Positions 1 to 6,792 of a stretch of DNA of 12,093 nt are shown here, in pieces (position 1 is the first letter of the stretch; each line of letters opens with the position of its first letter). Made by a program: the position numbers and the translations under genes. The DNA comes from a virus, in the IMG/VR virus record IMGVR_UViG_3300012992_000322, one strand, 5' to 3'. The notes below the pieces were generated by a model that saw nothing but the letters and a program-made list of their open reading frames with translations, was not told where the DNA came from and ran no database searches.

Positions 1-15
1 CTCCCCCCCCCTCTG

Positions 16-42
16 AAAAAAATGCCCCCCAAAAATGGGGCA
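16..42 (-). terminator. Outward-facing intrinsic terminator at the left terminus
   Basis: Mirror of 12052..12078. The minus strand reads TGCCCC-8 nt loop-GGGGCA followed by T7. On the plus strand the hairpin is followed by A-rich sequence, so it can act only in the outward direction. Confidence 0.45.
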
Positions 43-142
43 AAAATTTAACCAAAAATTTGTACAAAATTTTCAACAAATTTGTGTCAAAAAATTTATA
101 CAATTTTTCAACGAAAATTTTAACGTGAAAAGTGTGTAAAAA
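16..142 (-). ncRNA. Candidate ITR-encoded small RNA, left copy (about 125 nt from the proximal promoter, about 270 nt if started at the distal promoter near 286)
   Basis: Delimited only by the predicted promoter and terminator. It has no SD or credible ORF. The function (a pRNA-like packaging RNA?) is speculation. Confidence 0.25.
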
Positions 143-148
143 ATTTGA

Positions 149-177
149 ATGATAACACGTGTAATTTATTGTGTCAA
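149..177 (-). promoter_or_regulatory. Outward-facing sigma-A-like promoter in the left ITR (terminus-proximal copy)
   Basis: Mirror of 11917..11945. The sequence is identical because it sits in the duplicated 115-bp module. Confidence 0.4.
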
Positions 178-292
178 AATTTATACAAAATTTTCAACAA
201 ATTTGTGTCATAATTTTCAACAAATTTGTGTCAAAAAATTTATACAATTTTTCAACGAAAATTTTAACGTGAAAAGTGTGTAAAAAATTTGA

Positions 293-321
293 ATGATAAC
301 ACGTGTAATTTATTGTGTCAA
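293..321 (-). promoter_or_regulatory. Outward-facing sigma-A-like promoter in the left ITR (distal copy): TTGACA-17 nt-TGtTATCAT on the minus strand
   Basis: Mirror of 11773..11801. It has a consensus -35, a 17-nt spacer, a TGn extended -10 and a 5/6 -10 (TATCAT). Confidence 0.4.
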
Positions 322-344
322 AATTTGTGTCAATAATTGTGTCG
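313..344. promoter_or_regulatory. Iteron-like array: TTGTGTCA, TTGTGTCA, TTGTGTCG starting at 313, 325 and 337 (exact 12-bp phasing) at the inner edge of the left ITR. Further TTGTGTCA copies lie at 82, 169, 203 and 226.
   Basis: The 8-mers and their spacing were read directly from the sequence. There are seven copies per 373-bp ITR. Any role as a protein-binding site is inference. Confidence 0.45.
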
Positions 345-444
345 ATAATTAGTAGAAAAGTTGAACGTGTGAATGTGTTTCTACTATATAAATATGTAAA
401 ATAGTGAAAATGAAAATTACATAAAAAAATTTTCAAAAAAACTA

Positions 445-473
445 TTGACAATAGTTTCTATTCATGATAGAAT
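445..473 (+). promoter_or_regulatory. Left-end inward promoter: TTGACA (445..450)-17 nt-TGaTAGAAT (465..473), preceded by an A/T-rich UP-like tract
   Basis: It has a consensus -35, a 17-nt spacer, an extended -10 TG and a 5/6 -10. It lies just outside the ITR and upstream of the first gene. Its upstream context AAAATTTTCAAAAAAACTATTGACA is paralogous to 11296..11322. Confidence 0.65.
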
Positions 474-540
474 ATATACAGTTACATAAGGTAACACAAA
501 CTTGTTAAAAAATAAAAAATATGAAAGTGAGGAAATTAAA

Positions 541-897
541 GTGAGTATTGCAAGCAAGTACAACAAAAAGGTGAATGTTTTTACATTCTCAATTCCAAAA
601 GATTTTGAATATCGTTCTTTAGCTGATTTGTTCAACAATAACGGTAAAGAACACGTGTACAAAGTTCGTGCAGTTTACATTAACAAAAAGTCACGTTTTG
701 GTGAAAGCCCTGTTGTTGCAACTGATGATTGTTTGGTAAATCTTCCACAACATTTGACAGATGTAGCACGTGAAATTATGCGTGATGAAGAAACAGTAAA
801 TGCTATCAATGACGGTAAGTTTGGTTTTACAATTTATCCATACGAAACAAAAAATAGAAAAGCACTTTGTTATTCTGTAAATTGGGTTGATTGCTGA
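541..897 (+). CDS. Small early protein (118 aa), possibly an OB-fold ssDNA-binding or other DNA-binding replication accessory protein
   Basis: The ORF is open from TTG 502. The conserved RBS GAAAGTGAGG (522..532) sits 8 nt upstream of in-frame GTG 541, so 541 is the preferred start. It is the first gene after the early promoter and is followed by a terminator. Its size matches the phi29 p5 class. The functional call rests on position and size only. Confidence 0.6.
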   Translation: MSIASKYNKKVNVFTFSIPKDFEYRSLADLFNNNGKEHVYKVRAVYINKKSRFGESPVVATDDCLVNLPQHLTDVAREIMRDEETVNAINDGKFGFTIYPYETKNRKALCYSVNWVDC

Positions 898-916
898 TTA
901 TTAACATACGGTGCAA

Positions 917-942
917 GGGGTAACAACTTGTTACCCCGTTTT
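917..942 (+). terminator. Intrinsic terminator or attenuator after the first gene
   Basis: GGGGTAACAA / TTGTTACCCC inverted repeat (917..937) followed by GTTTT. The T-run is short, so termination is probably partial. Confidence 0.5.
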
Positions 943-962
943 AATTAGAAAAGAGGAGTAAC

Positions 963-1181
963 GTGATAAAAAACGTAGGTAATTTTTGCAAGGATTTTAG
1001 AAGGAATGTTTTAAATAAAACTTTAAATGAAATTTGTAAAGATATTGAAATAAAACCAAAAACTCTTTCCGCATTTGAAAATGGTAGGGCAAATAATATT
1101 AAATATTTGTTTTTATATTATAATTCATGCAATGATGAACAAAAAGAACTTTTTGTAAGGGGGGTTTTTGAATGTCAGTAA
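963..1181 (+). CDS. XRE-family helix-turn-helix transcriptional regulator (72 aa)
   Basis: GTG start with the AAGAGGAG RBS just upstream. The segment LNKTLNEICKDIEIKPKTLSAFENGRANNI fits the Cro/CI-type HTH pattern (hydrophobic helix, turn, S-x-x-E-N-G-R). It overlaps the next gene by 10 nt. Confidence 0.6.
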   Translation: MIKNVGNFCKDFRRNVLNKTLNEICKDIEIKPKTLSAFENGRANNIKYLFLYYNSCNDEQKELFVRGVFECQ

Positions 1182-1759
1182 AATTAGCAAGTGATGAATA
1201 TAAAGCATTTAAAAAAGAAGTTTCAAGAATGGCAAGCATGGCAAACAAAAGATTGAAACGTTTGGAAAAAAACGAATTAACAGATTTACCTTCTTATAAA
1301 TCATGGGAAGAAAACGGAAGTATTCGTTTTAGTGTAAAAGGAAAAACATACCAACAATTACAAGCTGAATATTGGAGATTAAAAAATTTTCTTGACGCAA
1401 AAACTTCAACTGTACGTGGAGCAAATGCTTTTTTAAAAGAAATGGCTCAAAATACGGGAATTAAATACAAGGGTTTAGCAGATTTAAAAACAAAGGCTAA
1501 AAAGTTTTTTGAACTTGCAAACAAAATAAAGCAGTATTATAAAAATGCTGAGCAATCAGCACTTGCGTTAGATTACCAAAAAATATGGCAACAAATCAAT
1601 GAACAAATAAAGCAGGGTGTTATTGATATTGATAATGAAGAGAGTACCGAAAGTGTATTAAACAAATATCTAAATGCTATGGATAAACTACAACCCGTTG
1701 AAACAAATAGTGAGGGTTATAAAAATGGTAGTACTGAATGGGATTTTATTAAATTGTAA
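1172..1759 (+). CDS. Candidate terminal protein (replication primer), 195 aa
   Basis: It sits immediately upstream of the protein-primed PolB, as gene 3 sits before gene 2 in phi29. It has a basic helical N-terminus (KKEVSRMASMANKRLKRLEK...DLPS). A C-terminal NSEGY motif resembles the FDSEGN context of the phi29 TP priming Ser232. RBS AAGGGGGG. Confidence 0.55.
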   Translation: MSVKLASDEYKAFKKEVSRMASMANKRLKRLEKNELTDLPSYKSWEENGSIRFSVKGKTYQQLQAEYWRLKNFLDAKTSTVRGANAFLKEMAQNTGIKYKGLADLKTKAKKFFELANKIKQYYKNAEQSALALDYQKIWQQINEQIKQGVIDIDNEESTESVLNKYLNAMDKLQPVETNSEGYKNGSTEWDFIKL

Positions 1760-1773
1760 AGGTGGTGGAAAAC

Positions 1774-3918
1774 TTGAAACAATATCAAGATTTTGATTTA
1801 GAAGAATTGAACGATATTAACATTGATATTGTTTCAAAATTCGATAATTATAGTAAAACGGTTAAAAAGTATTTTAATGTTGAAAGTGCATTTGATATTG
1901 AAACAAGTAGTGTTATGTTAGAAAATGAACAAAAATTTGCGTTCATGTATGAATGGACCTTTGGCATAAAAGACAAGAATTTTATTTGTTATGGAAGAAC
2001 GTGGGAAGAATTTAAAGATTTATGTAGACAATTGCAAGAATATTTCCTATTAGATAGTGAACACATTTTAGTTGTTTATGTTCACAATTTAAGTTATGAA
2101 TTTCAGTTCATGCGTAAATATTTTAATTGGTTAGATGTTTTTGCGGTTGATGAAAGAAAACCCGTTAAAGCATTATGTAGTTATGGTATTGAATTTAGAG
2201 ATAGTTATATTTTATCGGGTTATTCACTTGAAAAACTTGCTGAAAATTTAGTATCACATAACATTAAAAAATTAGTCGGGGATTTAGATTATAATTTAAC
2301 CCGTACACACATAACAGAATTAACAGAAAATGAACTTGCATATTGTAACAATGATGTTGAAATTGTTTTAGCGTATATAAATGAACAAATTGAACAATAC
2401 GGAAGTATAACAAAAATCCCTATGACAAATACGGGCAGAGTTAGAAATTTTGTTAAAGATAAATGTTATTTTACTGAAAAAAATCATAGGAAAAGCAGTA
2501 AAGGAAAATACCAACGTTACAAAGAATTGATGAATGAATTAACTTTAACTACGGGTGAATACACAATGTTAAAACGTTGTTTCATGGGGGGATTTACTCA
2601 CGCAAGTATGTTATATAGTGGGAAACTATTACATGATGTTGCAAGTATTGATTTTACAAGTAGTTACCCGTATGTTATGTTATCTGAAAAATTTCCCATG
2701 TCAAAGCCCGAAAAAGTAAACCCAACAAAAGAACAATTTTTAAAATGGGTTAATGATGATAATGTGGGGTTAATGTTTGTTGTACGTTTTAAGGGGTTGC
2801 AAAGTAAACTTTCATTTGAAACATATTTAAGTGAAAGTAAATGTGATGTTCTTGAAAATCCCATAATTAACAACGGTAGAGTTTTCAAAGCTGATACCGT
2901 ACAAACAACAATAACCGATATTGATTTTAAAATCCTGTATAAATGTTATACGTGGGATATTATCGAAATAGCAAACGTTCATAAATTTTATATGCAGTAT
3001 TTACCAAAACCAATACTACTTGCAATAGTGGAACTTTACGAAAAGAAAACCACATTAAAAGATGTATCGGGAAAAGAGGTTGAATATCTTGTAAATAAAG
3101 GTATGTTAAATTCTGTATATGGTATGTGTGTAACTGATATTGTACGTGATAATATAAGTTATAAAGATGATTGGCAACTTGAAAAATACACTATTGAAAT
3201 GATGAATGAACAAATTGAAAAATACAATAGTTCAAGCAATCGTTTTTTATATTATCCGTGGGGTGTTTGGGTAACTGCTTACGCACGTAAAAATTTATGG
3301 AATGGTATTCTTGAAATTGGTATTGATTATGTTTATAGTGATACCGATAGTGTAAAATTTCTGAATTATGAAAAACATAAAGAATACATAAACCGTTACA
3401 ATTTAGATGTGGAACGCAAGTTGAAAAAGATGTGTAAATTTAGGCAAATAGAATTTGAACGTTTAAAACCTAAAACAATAAAGGGTGTAGAAAAAATGAT
3501 AGGTGTATGGGATTTTGAGGGTATTTATACACATTTTAAAACGTTGGGTGCAAAACGTTATTTAGTACGTTCAAAAAAAGATGAAAAACTGCATTTAACC
3601 GTTGCAGGGCTTTCAAAACAAAACGGGGTTGAATATATGTTACGAATTTGTAATAATGATTATGAAAAAGTTTTTGCAAATTTTAATGATGATTTATATA
3701 TACCCGAAAATGAAACGGGTAAACATACTCACACATATATTGATAGCCCTATAACTTCTATGATAACAGATTACCAAAACAATGTTGTTGAAGTAACTGC
3801 ATTATCGGGTGTTCATTTATCCCCATGTGAATTTACTTTATCAATTAGCCGACAGTATAGTAAATTTTTACACGATTTACGAAACGGGTATTTATTCACG
3901 GGAACACGTGCTATTTAA
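1774..3918 (+). CDS. Family-B protein-primed DNA polymerase (phi29 gp2-like)
   Basis: The following motifs were read from the translation. Exo I FDIETSS. Exo II HNLSYEFQF. Exo III YCNNDVEI. Motif A DFTSSYPYVM (Dx2SLYP). Motif B KGMLNSVYGM (Kx3NSxYG). TAYARK (Tx2GR). Motif C YSDTDSV. KxY GAKRYL. The ORF is open from GTG 1762, but the GGTGG SD (1761..1768) favours TTG 1774 as the start. Confidence 0.95.
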   Translation: MKQYQDFDLEELNDINIDIVSKFDNYSKTVKKYFNVESAFDIETSSVMLENEQKFAFMYEWTFGIKDKNFICYGRTWEEFKDLCRQLQEYFLLDSEHILVVYVHNLSYEFQFMRKYFNWLDVFAVDERKPVKALCSYGIEFRDSYILSGYSLEKLAENLVSHNIKKLVGDLDYNLTRTHITELTENELAYCNNDVEIVLAYINEQIEQYGSITKIPMTNTGRVRNFVKDKCYFTEKNHRKSSKGKYQRYKELMNELTLTTGEYTMLKRCFMGGFTHASMLYSGKLLHDVASIDFTSSYPYVMLSEKFPMSKPEKVNPTKEQFLKWVNDDNVGLMFVVRFKGLQSKLSFETYLSESKCDVLENPIINNGRVFKADTVQTTITDIDFKILYKCYTWDIIEIANVHKFYMQYLPKPILLAIVELYEKKTTLKDVSGKEVEYLVNKGMLNSVYGMCVTDIVRDNISYKDDWQLEKYTIEMMNEQIEKYNSSSNRFLYYPWGVWVTAYARKNLWNGILEIGIDYVYSDTDSVKFLNYEKHKEYINRYNLDVERKLKKMCKFRQIEFERLKPKTIKGVEKMIGVWDFEGIYTHFKTLGAKRYLVRSKKDEKLHLTVAGLSKQNGVEYMLRICNNDYEKVFANFNDDLYIPENETGKHTHTYIDSPITSMITDYQNNVVEVTALSGVHLSPCEFTLSISRQYSKFLHDLRNGYLFTGTRAI

Positions 3919-3957
3919 TTGTACGTGAAACATTTATAGAAAAGAGGTTAAAAAATA

Positions 3958-5061
3958 ATGACAGAAAAGAAAACAAGTTTTTATAATCCGAAAAACATTA
4001 TAAACAAAAATGCAGTTTATAACGTGATTTTCGGGGAACGTTCCAACGGTAAAACCTATTCTATTTTAAAGTATGGTTTAGAACAATATTTTGAAAATGG
4101 GGGGCAACTAGCTATTGTAAGACGTTGGCAAGAAGATATAAGGGGAAAACGTGCCAGTGAAATTTTTAGTGCAATCAATGAAAACAATGAAGTTGAAAAA
4201 CTATCAAAAGGAAAATACAAAGGTGTAACGTTTTTTTCGGGTAGATATTATGTGTGTAACTATGATGAAAACGGTAAAACAATTTATAACATTGATACTG
4301 ATTGTATCGGTTATGTTTTTGCTTTATCTGAAACGGAACACAATAAAAGTATTTCATACCCAAAAATTACAACGATTATGTTTGATGAATTTTTGACTAA
4401 ACACGTTTATTTACAAGATGAATTTGTGTTATTTATGAATACAGTTTCTACCATTGTAAGACAACGAACAAACGTTAAAATTTTCATGTTAGGTAATACT
4501 GTAAACCGTTATTGTCCGTATTTTGAAGAAATGGGATTAGTACATATTAAAGAAATGAAACAAGGTACTATTGATATTTACACATACGGGAATAGTGAAT
4601 TGAAAGTTGCAGTTGAATATTGTAGCAGTATGCAGAAACAGAAAAAGAACAATTTTTATTTTGCATTTGACAACCCGAAATTGAATATGATAACAAGCGG
4701 TGCATGGGAGTTAGATATATACCCACATTTACCCGAAAAATATAAACCAACTCAAATAGAGTTTACTTATTTTATCATGTTTAACGGTATGACTTTTCAA
4801 TGTGAAATTATAACAGATAAAAACGGGGATATGTTCACATTTATTCACGAAAAAACAACTCCATTAAAAAATACTGACAATGATTTAATTTATACACTTG
4901 AATTTTGCCACAAATTGAACTATAATAGAAGTATATACAAACCAATAAATAAGTTACAAGAACGTATTTTGTGGTTTTTCAAAACAGACCGTGTATTTTA
5001 TCAAAATAACGGTGTTGGGGATACCATAAACAACTATTTAAAAATTTGTAAAGGATTTTAA
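3958..5061 (+). CDS. DNA encapsidation (packaging) ATPase, phi29 gp16-like
   Basis: The N-terminus SFYNPKNII...YNVIFGERSNGKTYSILKY...GGQLAIVRRW parallels the remembered gp16 LFYNPQKML...NFVIGARGIGKSY...GEQFIYVRRY. Walker A is GERSNGKT. A Walker B-like TIMFDEF is present. RBS AAAGAGG. Confidence 0.9.
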   Translation: MTEKKTSFYNPKNIINKNAVYNVIFGERSNGKTYSILKYGLEQYFENGGQLAIVRRWQEDIRGKRASEIFSAINENNEVEKLSKGKYKGVTFFSGRYYVCNYDENGKTIYNIDTDCIGYVFALSETEHNKSISYPKITTIMFDEFLTKHVYLQDEFVLFMNTVSTIVRQRTNVKIFMLGNTVNRYCPYFEEMGLVHIKEMKQGTIDIYTYGNSELKVAVEYCSSMQKQKKNNFYFAFDNPKLNMITSGAWELDIYPHLPEKYKPTQIEFTYFIMFNGMTFQCEIITDKNGDMFTFIHEKTTPLKNTDNDLIYTLEFCHKLNYNRSIYKPINKLQERILWFFKTDRVFYQNNGVGDTINNYLKICKGF

Positions 5062-5079
5062 GAGAGTGAGGTTGAAATA

Positions 5080-6255
5080 ATGGGAAAGATTGACAAGTAT
5101 AACATGGGGTTAGAACATATTACAAAATATGATTTTAAAAACAAAGAAAAAAATTTGAATGATTATATAACATATATGTTAAATCGTTCTATTACTATGT
5201 TCAAGTATCATAATTTACCCGATACAATGCCACAAAGAGAAATTGAACTTTTGTTACAATGTAACGGTTGGGGTTGTGTTTGTGAAATTGAGGGTAATTT
5301 GTACTGTTTAAATGGCGGTTTGGGGGGTGTTCCAAATGCTTATAATATGCCAACTGAAATTATTATCAATAACCCGTACTTAAATTACAACAAAACTTTA
5401 ACTATTGATACAGATTGTGTTATTATTCCAAATGATAGTATGTATGTTGGTTTACTTCCTATGTATAACCGTTACTGTACAATGTTAGTTGAAAATGATA
5501 TAACAATGATACTTGCAACCGTGAATAAACGAGTTCAAAATCTTTTATCAGCTAATGATGATAACACGGTTGAAAGTGCAAAGAACTTTTTAAAAAAAGT
5601 TTTTGACGGGGAATTAGGTGTTATTGCTGAAAGTAAATTATTTGATACTTTAAAAGTTAATGCAAGTAGTGTTAATAGTACCGTTTCAATGACTGAATTG
5701 TTTGAGTTTGAACAATATGTAAAAGCAAGTTTATATAATGAAATAGGTTTAAGTGCTAATTATAATATGAAAAGGGAACGTCTGACAAGTGCAGAAGTTG
5801 AAACAAATACTGATAGCCTTTACCCGTTAGTTGATGATATGATTAACCAACGTAGAAAAGCAGTCGAAAAAATCAATGAAATGTTCGGTGTAAATATTGA
5901 AATTGAATTTAATTCAAGTTGGGATAACAGACCGTTTAACGGTGCAAGTATTCACAATGTAGAAGATGAAGTAAATCCAACGGAACTTGTAACAGAAGAT
6001 GTTGAAAACGTTGTGGAAGATACGGGAAAAGCAGAAACAGAAACAAATGTTGTTTCAGAGGAAGAAACAACAACCGAAACGGAAGATGAAAAAGAGGTAG
6101 AAACGGAAGAAGAAACAAATGAAGAAACAACAACCGAAACGGAAGATGAAAAAGAGGTAGAAACGGAAGAAGAAACAAATGAAGAAACAACAACCGAAAC
6201 AGAAGATGAAAAAGAGGTAGAAACGGAAGAAGAAACAAATGAAGAAAATGATTAA
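5080..6255 (+). CDS. Portal / head-tail connector protein, phi29 gp10-like, with an acidic repeat C-terminal extension
   Basis: Matches to remembered gp10 blocks: FKYHNLPDTM (FEWENLPPTI), VNKRVQNLLSANDDNT (NQNAQKTPVLIRANDNN), KRERLTSAEV (KKERMVTDEV) and RRKAVEKINEMFGVNIEIEF (REEACEKINELYGLNVKVKF). Confidence 0.9.
   Translation: MGKIDKYNMGLEHITKYDFKNKEKNLNDYITYMLNRSITMFKYHNLPDTMPQREIELLLQCNGWGCVCEIEGNLYCLNGGLGGVPNAYNMPTEIIINNPYLNYNKTLTIDTDCVIIPNDSMYVGLLPMYNRYCTMLVENDITMILATVNKRVQNLLSANDDNTVESAKNFLKKVFDGELGVIAESKLFDTLKVNASSVNSTVSMTELFEFEQYVKASLYNEIGLSANYNMKRERLTSAEVETNTDSLYPLVDDMINQRRKAVEKINEMFGVNIEIEFNSSWDNRPFNGASIHNVEDEVNPTELVTEDVENVVEDTGKAETETNVVSEEETTTETEDEKEVETEEETNEETTTETEDEKEVETEEETNEETTTETEDEKEVETEEETNEEND
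6061..6240 (+). repeat. Three tandem 60-bp repeats (6061, 6121, 6181) encoding (EETTTETEDEKEVETEEETN)x3 in the portal C-terminus
   Basis: Units 1 and 2 are identical. Unit 3 differs by one synonymous g->a at 6201. The repeats are in frame with the portal ORF. Confidence 0.97.
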
Positions 6256-6297
6256 ACTTTATCTTCCACACATAATTTATGTAAAAGGGGGGTTTGT

Positions 6298-6786
6298 ATG
6301 TCAGTTGGTGTTATTAAATCAGAATTAACAAGGTTTCAATCTGAATTGCAAAACTGCATTACTCAATGTGACAATTTAATTCATGTATTAAACGGGGCTA
6401 AACTTGGAACGTGTAAAAGGGTTTTAACCTCAGCTTCTACATTAACGCAATCAATAGAAAAGCAAGGTATTTTATTAAATTCTTTATATGCTGATTGTGT
6501 TACAGAATTACATATATTTTTTAGAACATATAACACAAGTTTATCAAAATTAAAAACAAGTAATGAACGGGTAAAATCTAAAATTGAAGAATTAAAAGAA
6601 ACTGCAAAAGAATTATATCGGTTAGTTTTAATTGATTATTCAATAGAGTGGTTTCTTGAATATAATTTAAGCGAACAAGATTTAAAAGCATTTACACCCG
6701 AAATTGTTCGTTATAAAAATGAACTTTTAAAACTGCAATTTGAAACACAAAAACGGAACAAAGATTTAATTGTGAAAGTGAGGTAA
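6298..6786 (+). CDS. Hypothetical helical protein (162 aa), possible scaffolding or head-assembly protein
   Basis: RBS AAAGGGGGG. It lies between the portal and capsid genes. Heptad-like charged/hydrophobic composition (KSKIEELKETAKELYRL, NELLKLQFETQKRNKD). No family was recognised. Confidence 0.6.
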   Translation: MSVGVIKSELTRFQSELQNCITQCDNLIHVLNGAKLGTCKRVLTSASTLTQSIEKQGILLNSLYADCVTELHIFFRTYNTSLSKLKTSNERVKSKIEELKETAKELYRLVLIDYSIEWFLEYNLSEQDLKAFTPEIVRYKNELLKLQFETQKRNKDLIVKVR

Positions 6787-6792
6787 AACAAT

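Larger units (their letters stand above)
68..326. repeat. Direct duplication inside the left ITR: 115-bp copies at 68..182 and 212..326 (period 144 bp), plus an extra 27-bp partial copy (63..89 = 184..210)
   Basis: Position-by-position comparison with offset 144 gives identical bases from 68..182 to 212..326. The short unit ATTTTCAACAAATTTGTGTCA occurs three times. Confidence 0.9.
1..373. repeat. Left inverted terminal repeat (ITR), 373 bp
   Basis: I reverse-complemented 11721..12093 block by block. It matches 1..373 at every position, and identity stops at 374 (t versus c). The terminus reads CT-C9-TC. Confidence 0.97.

Noticed and set aside
63-344. ITR-internal repeats or the portal 60-bp repeats (6061..6240) as a CRISPR array
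   Set aside because: The ITR copies are 115 bp long at a 144-bp period and have no unique spacers of comparable size. The 60-bp repeats are contiguous and lie in frame within a gene.
1-373. ITRs as the ends of a transposon/IS, casposon/polinton-like element or linear plasmid
   Set aside because: No transposase, integrase or Cas1 is present. The PolB is accompanied by portal, packaging ATPase, capsid and tail genes. The ITRs reach the exact sequence ends with no flanking host DNA.
351-385. Inverted repeat AGTAGAAA/TTTCTACT straddling the left ITR boundary, with a similar GTAGAAA/TTTCTAC pair at the right boundary (11697..11742)
   Set aside because: The arms are only 7-8 bp of AT-rich sequence and are spaced differently at the two ends. 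At the right end one arm is simply part of the terminator hairpin. It may be a remnant of a formerly longer ITR, but it cannot be told apart from chance.
194-451. An 85-aa minus-strand ORF in the left ITR and its partial twin, the 60-aa plus-strand ORF at 11718..11900 in the right ITR
   Set aside because: Both lie in the repeat-rich ITR and have no Shine-Dalgarno sequence. The predicted outward promoters fall inside them. Their composition (F/T/N/I-rich) simply translates the AT-rich repeats. They are most likely non-coding.
2664-2888. Other minus-strand ORFs (2664..2888, 4175..4363, 4568..4750, 7589..7792, 8339..8656, 11169..11555, 11594..11779)
   Set aside because: All lie antisense within recognised plus-strand genes or across terminator and promoter regions. 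They lack RBSs and have an implausible hydrophobic or low-complexity composition, as expected by chance in AT-rich DNA.
5936-6271. A 111-aa minus-strand ORF antisense to the portal C-terminal repeat
   Set aside because: It is an open frame created by the codon periodicity of the GAA/ACA-rich tandem repeat. It has no RBS and lies fully inside a well-supported gene.
6270-6282. A 13-bp palindrome ACATAAtTTATGT between the portal gene and the next gene, considered as a possible operator
   Set aside because: It is a single occurrence. Short AT-rich palindromes are frequent in this composition, and no matching site lies near any promoter.
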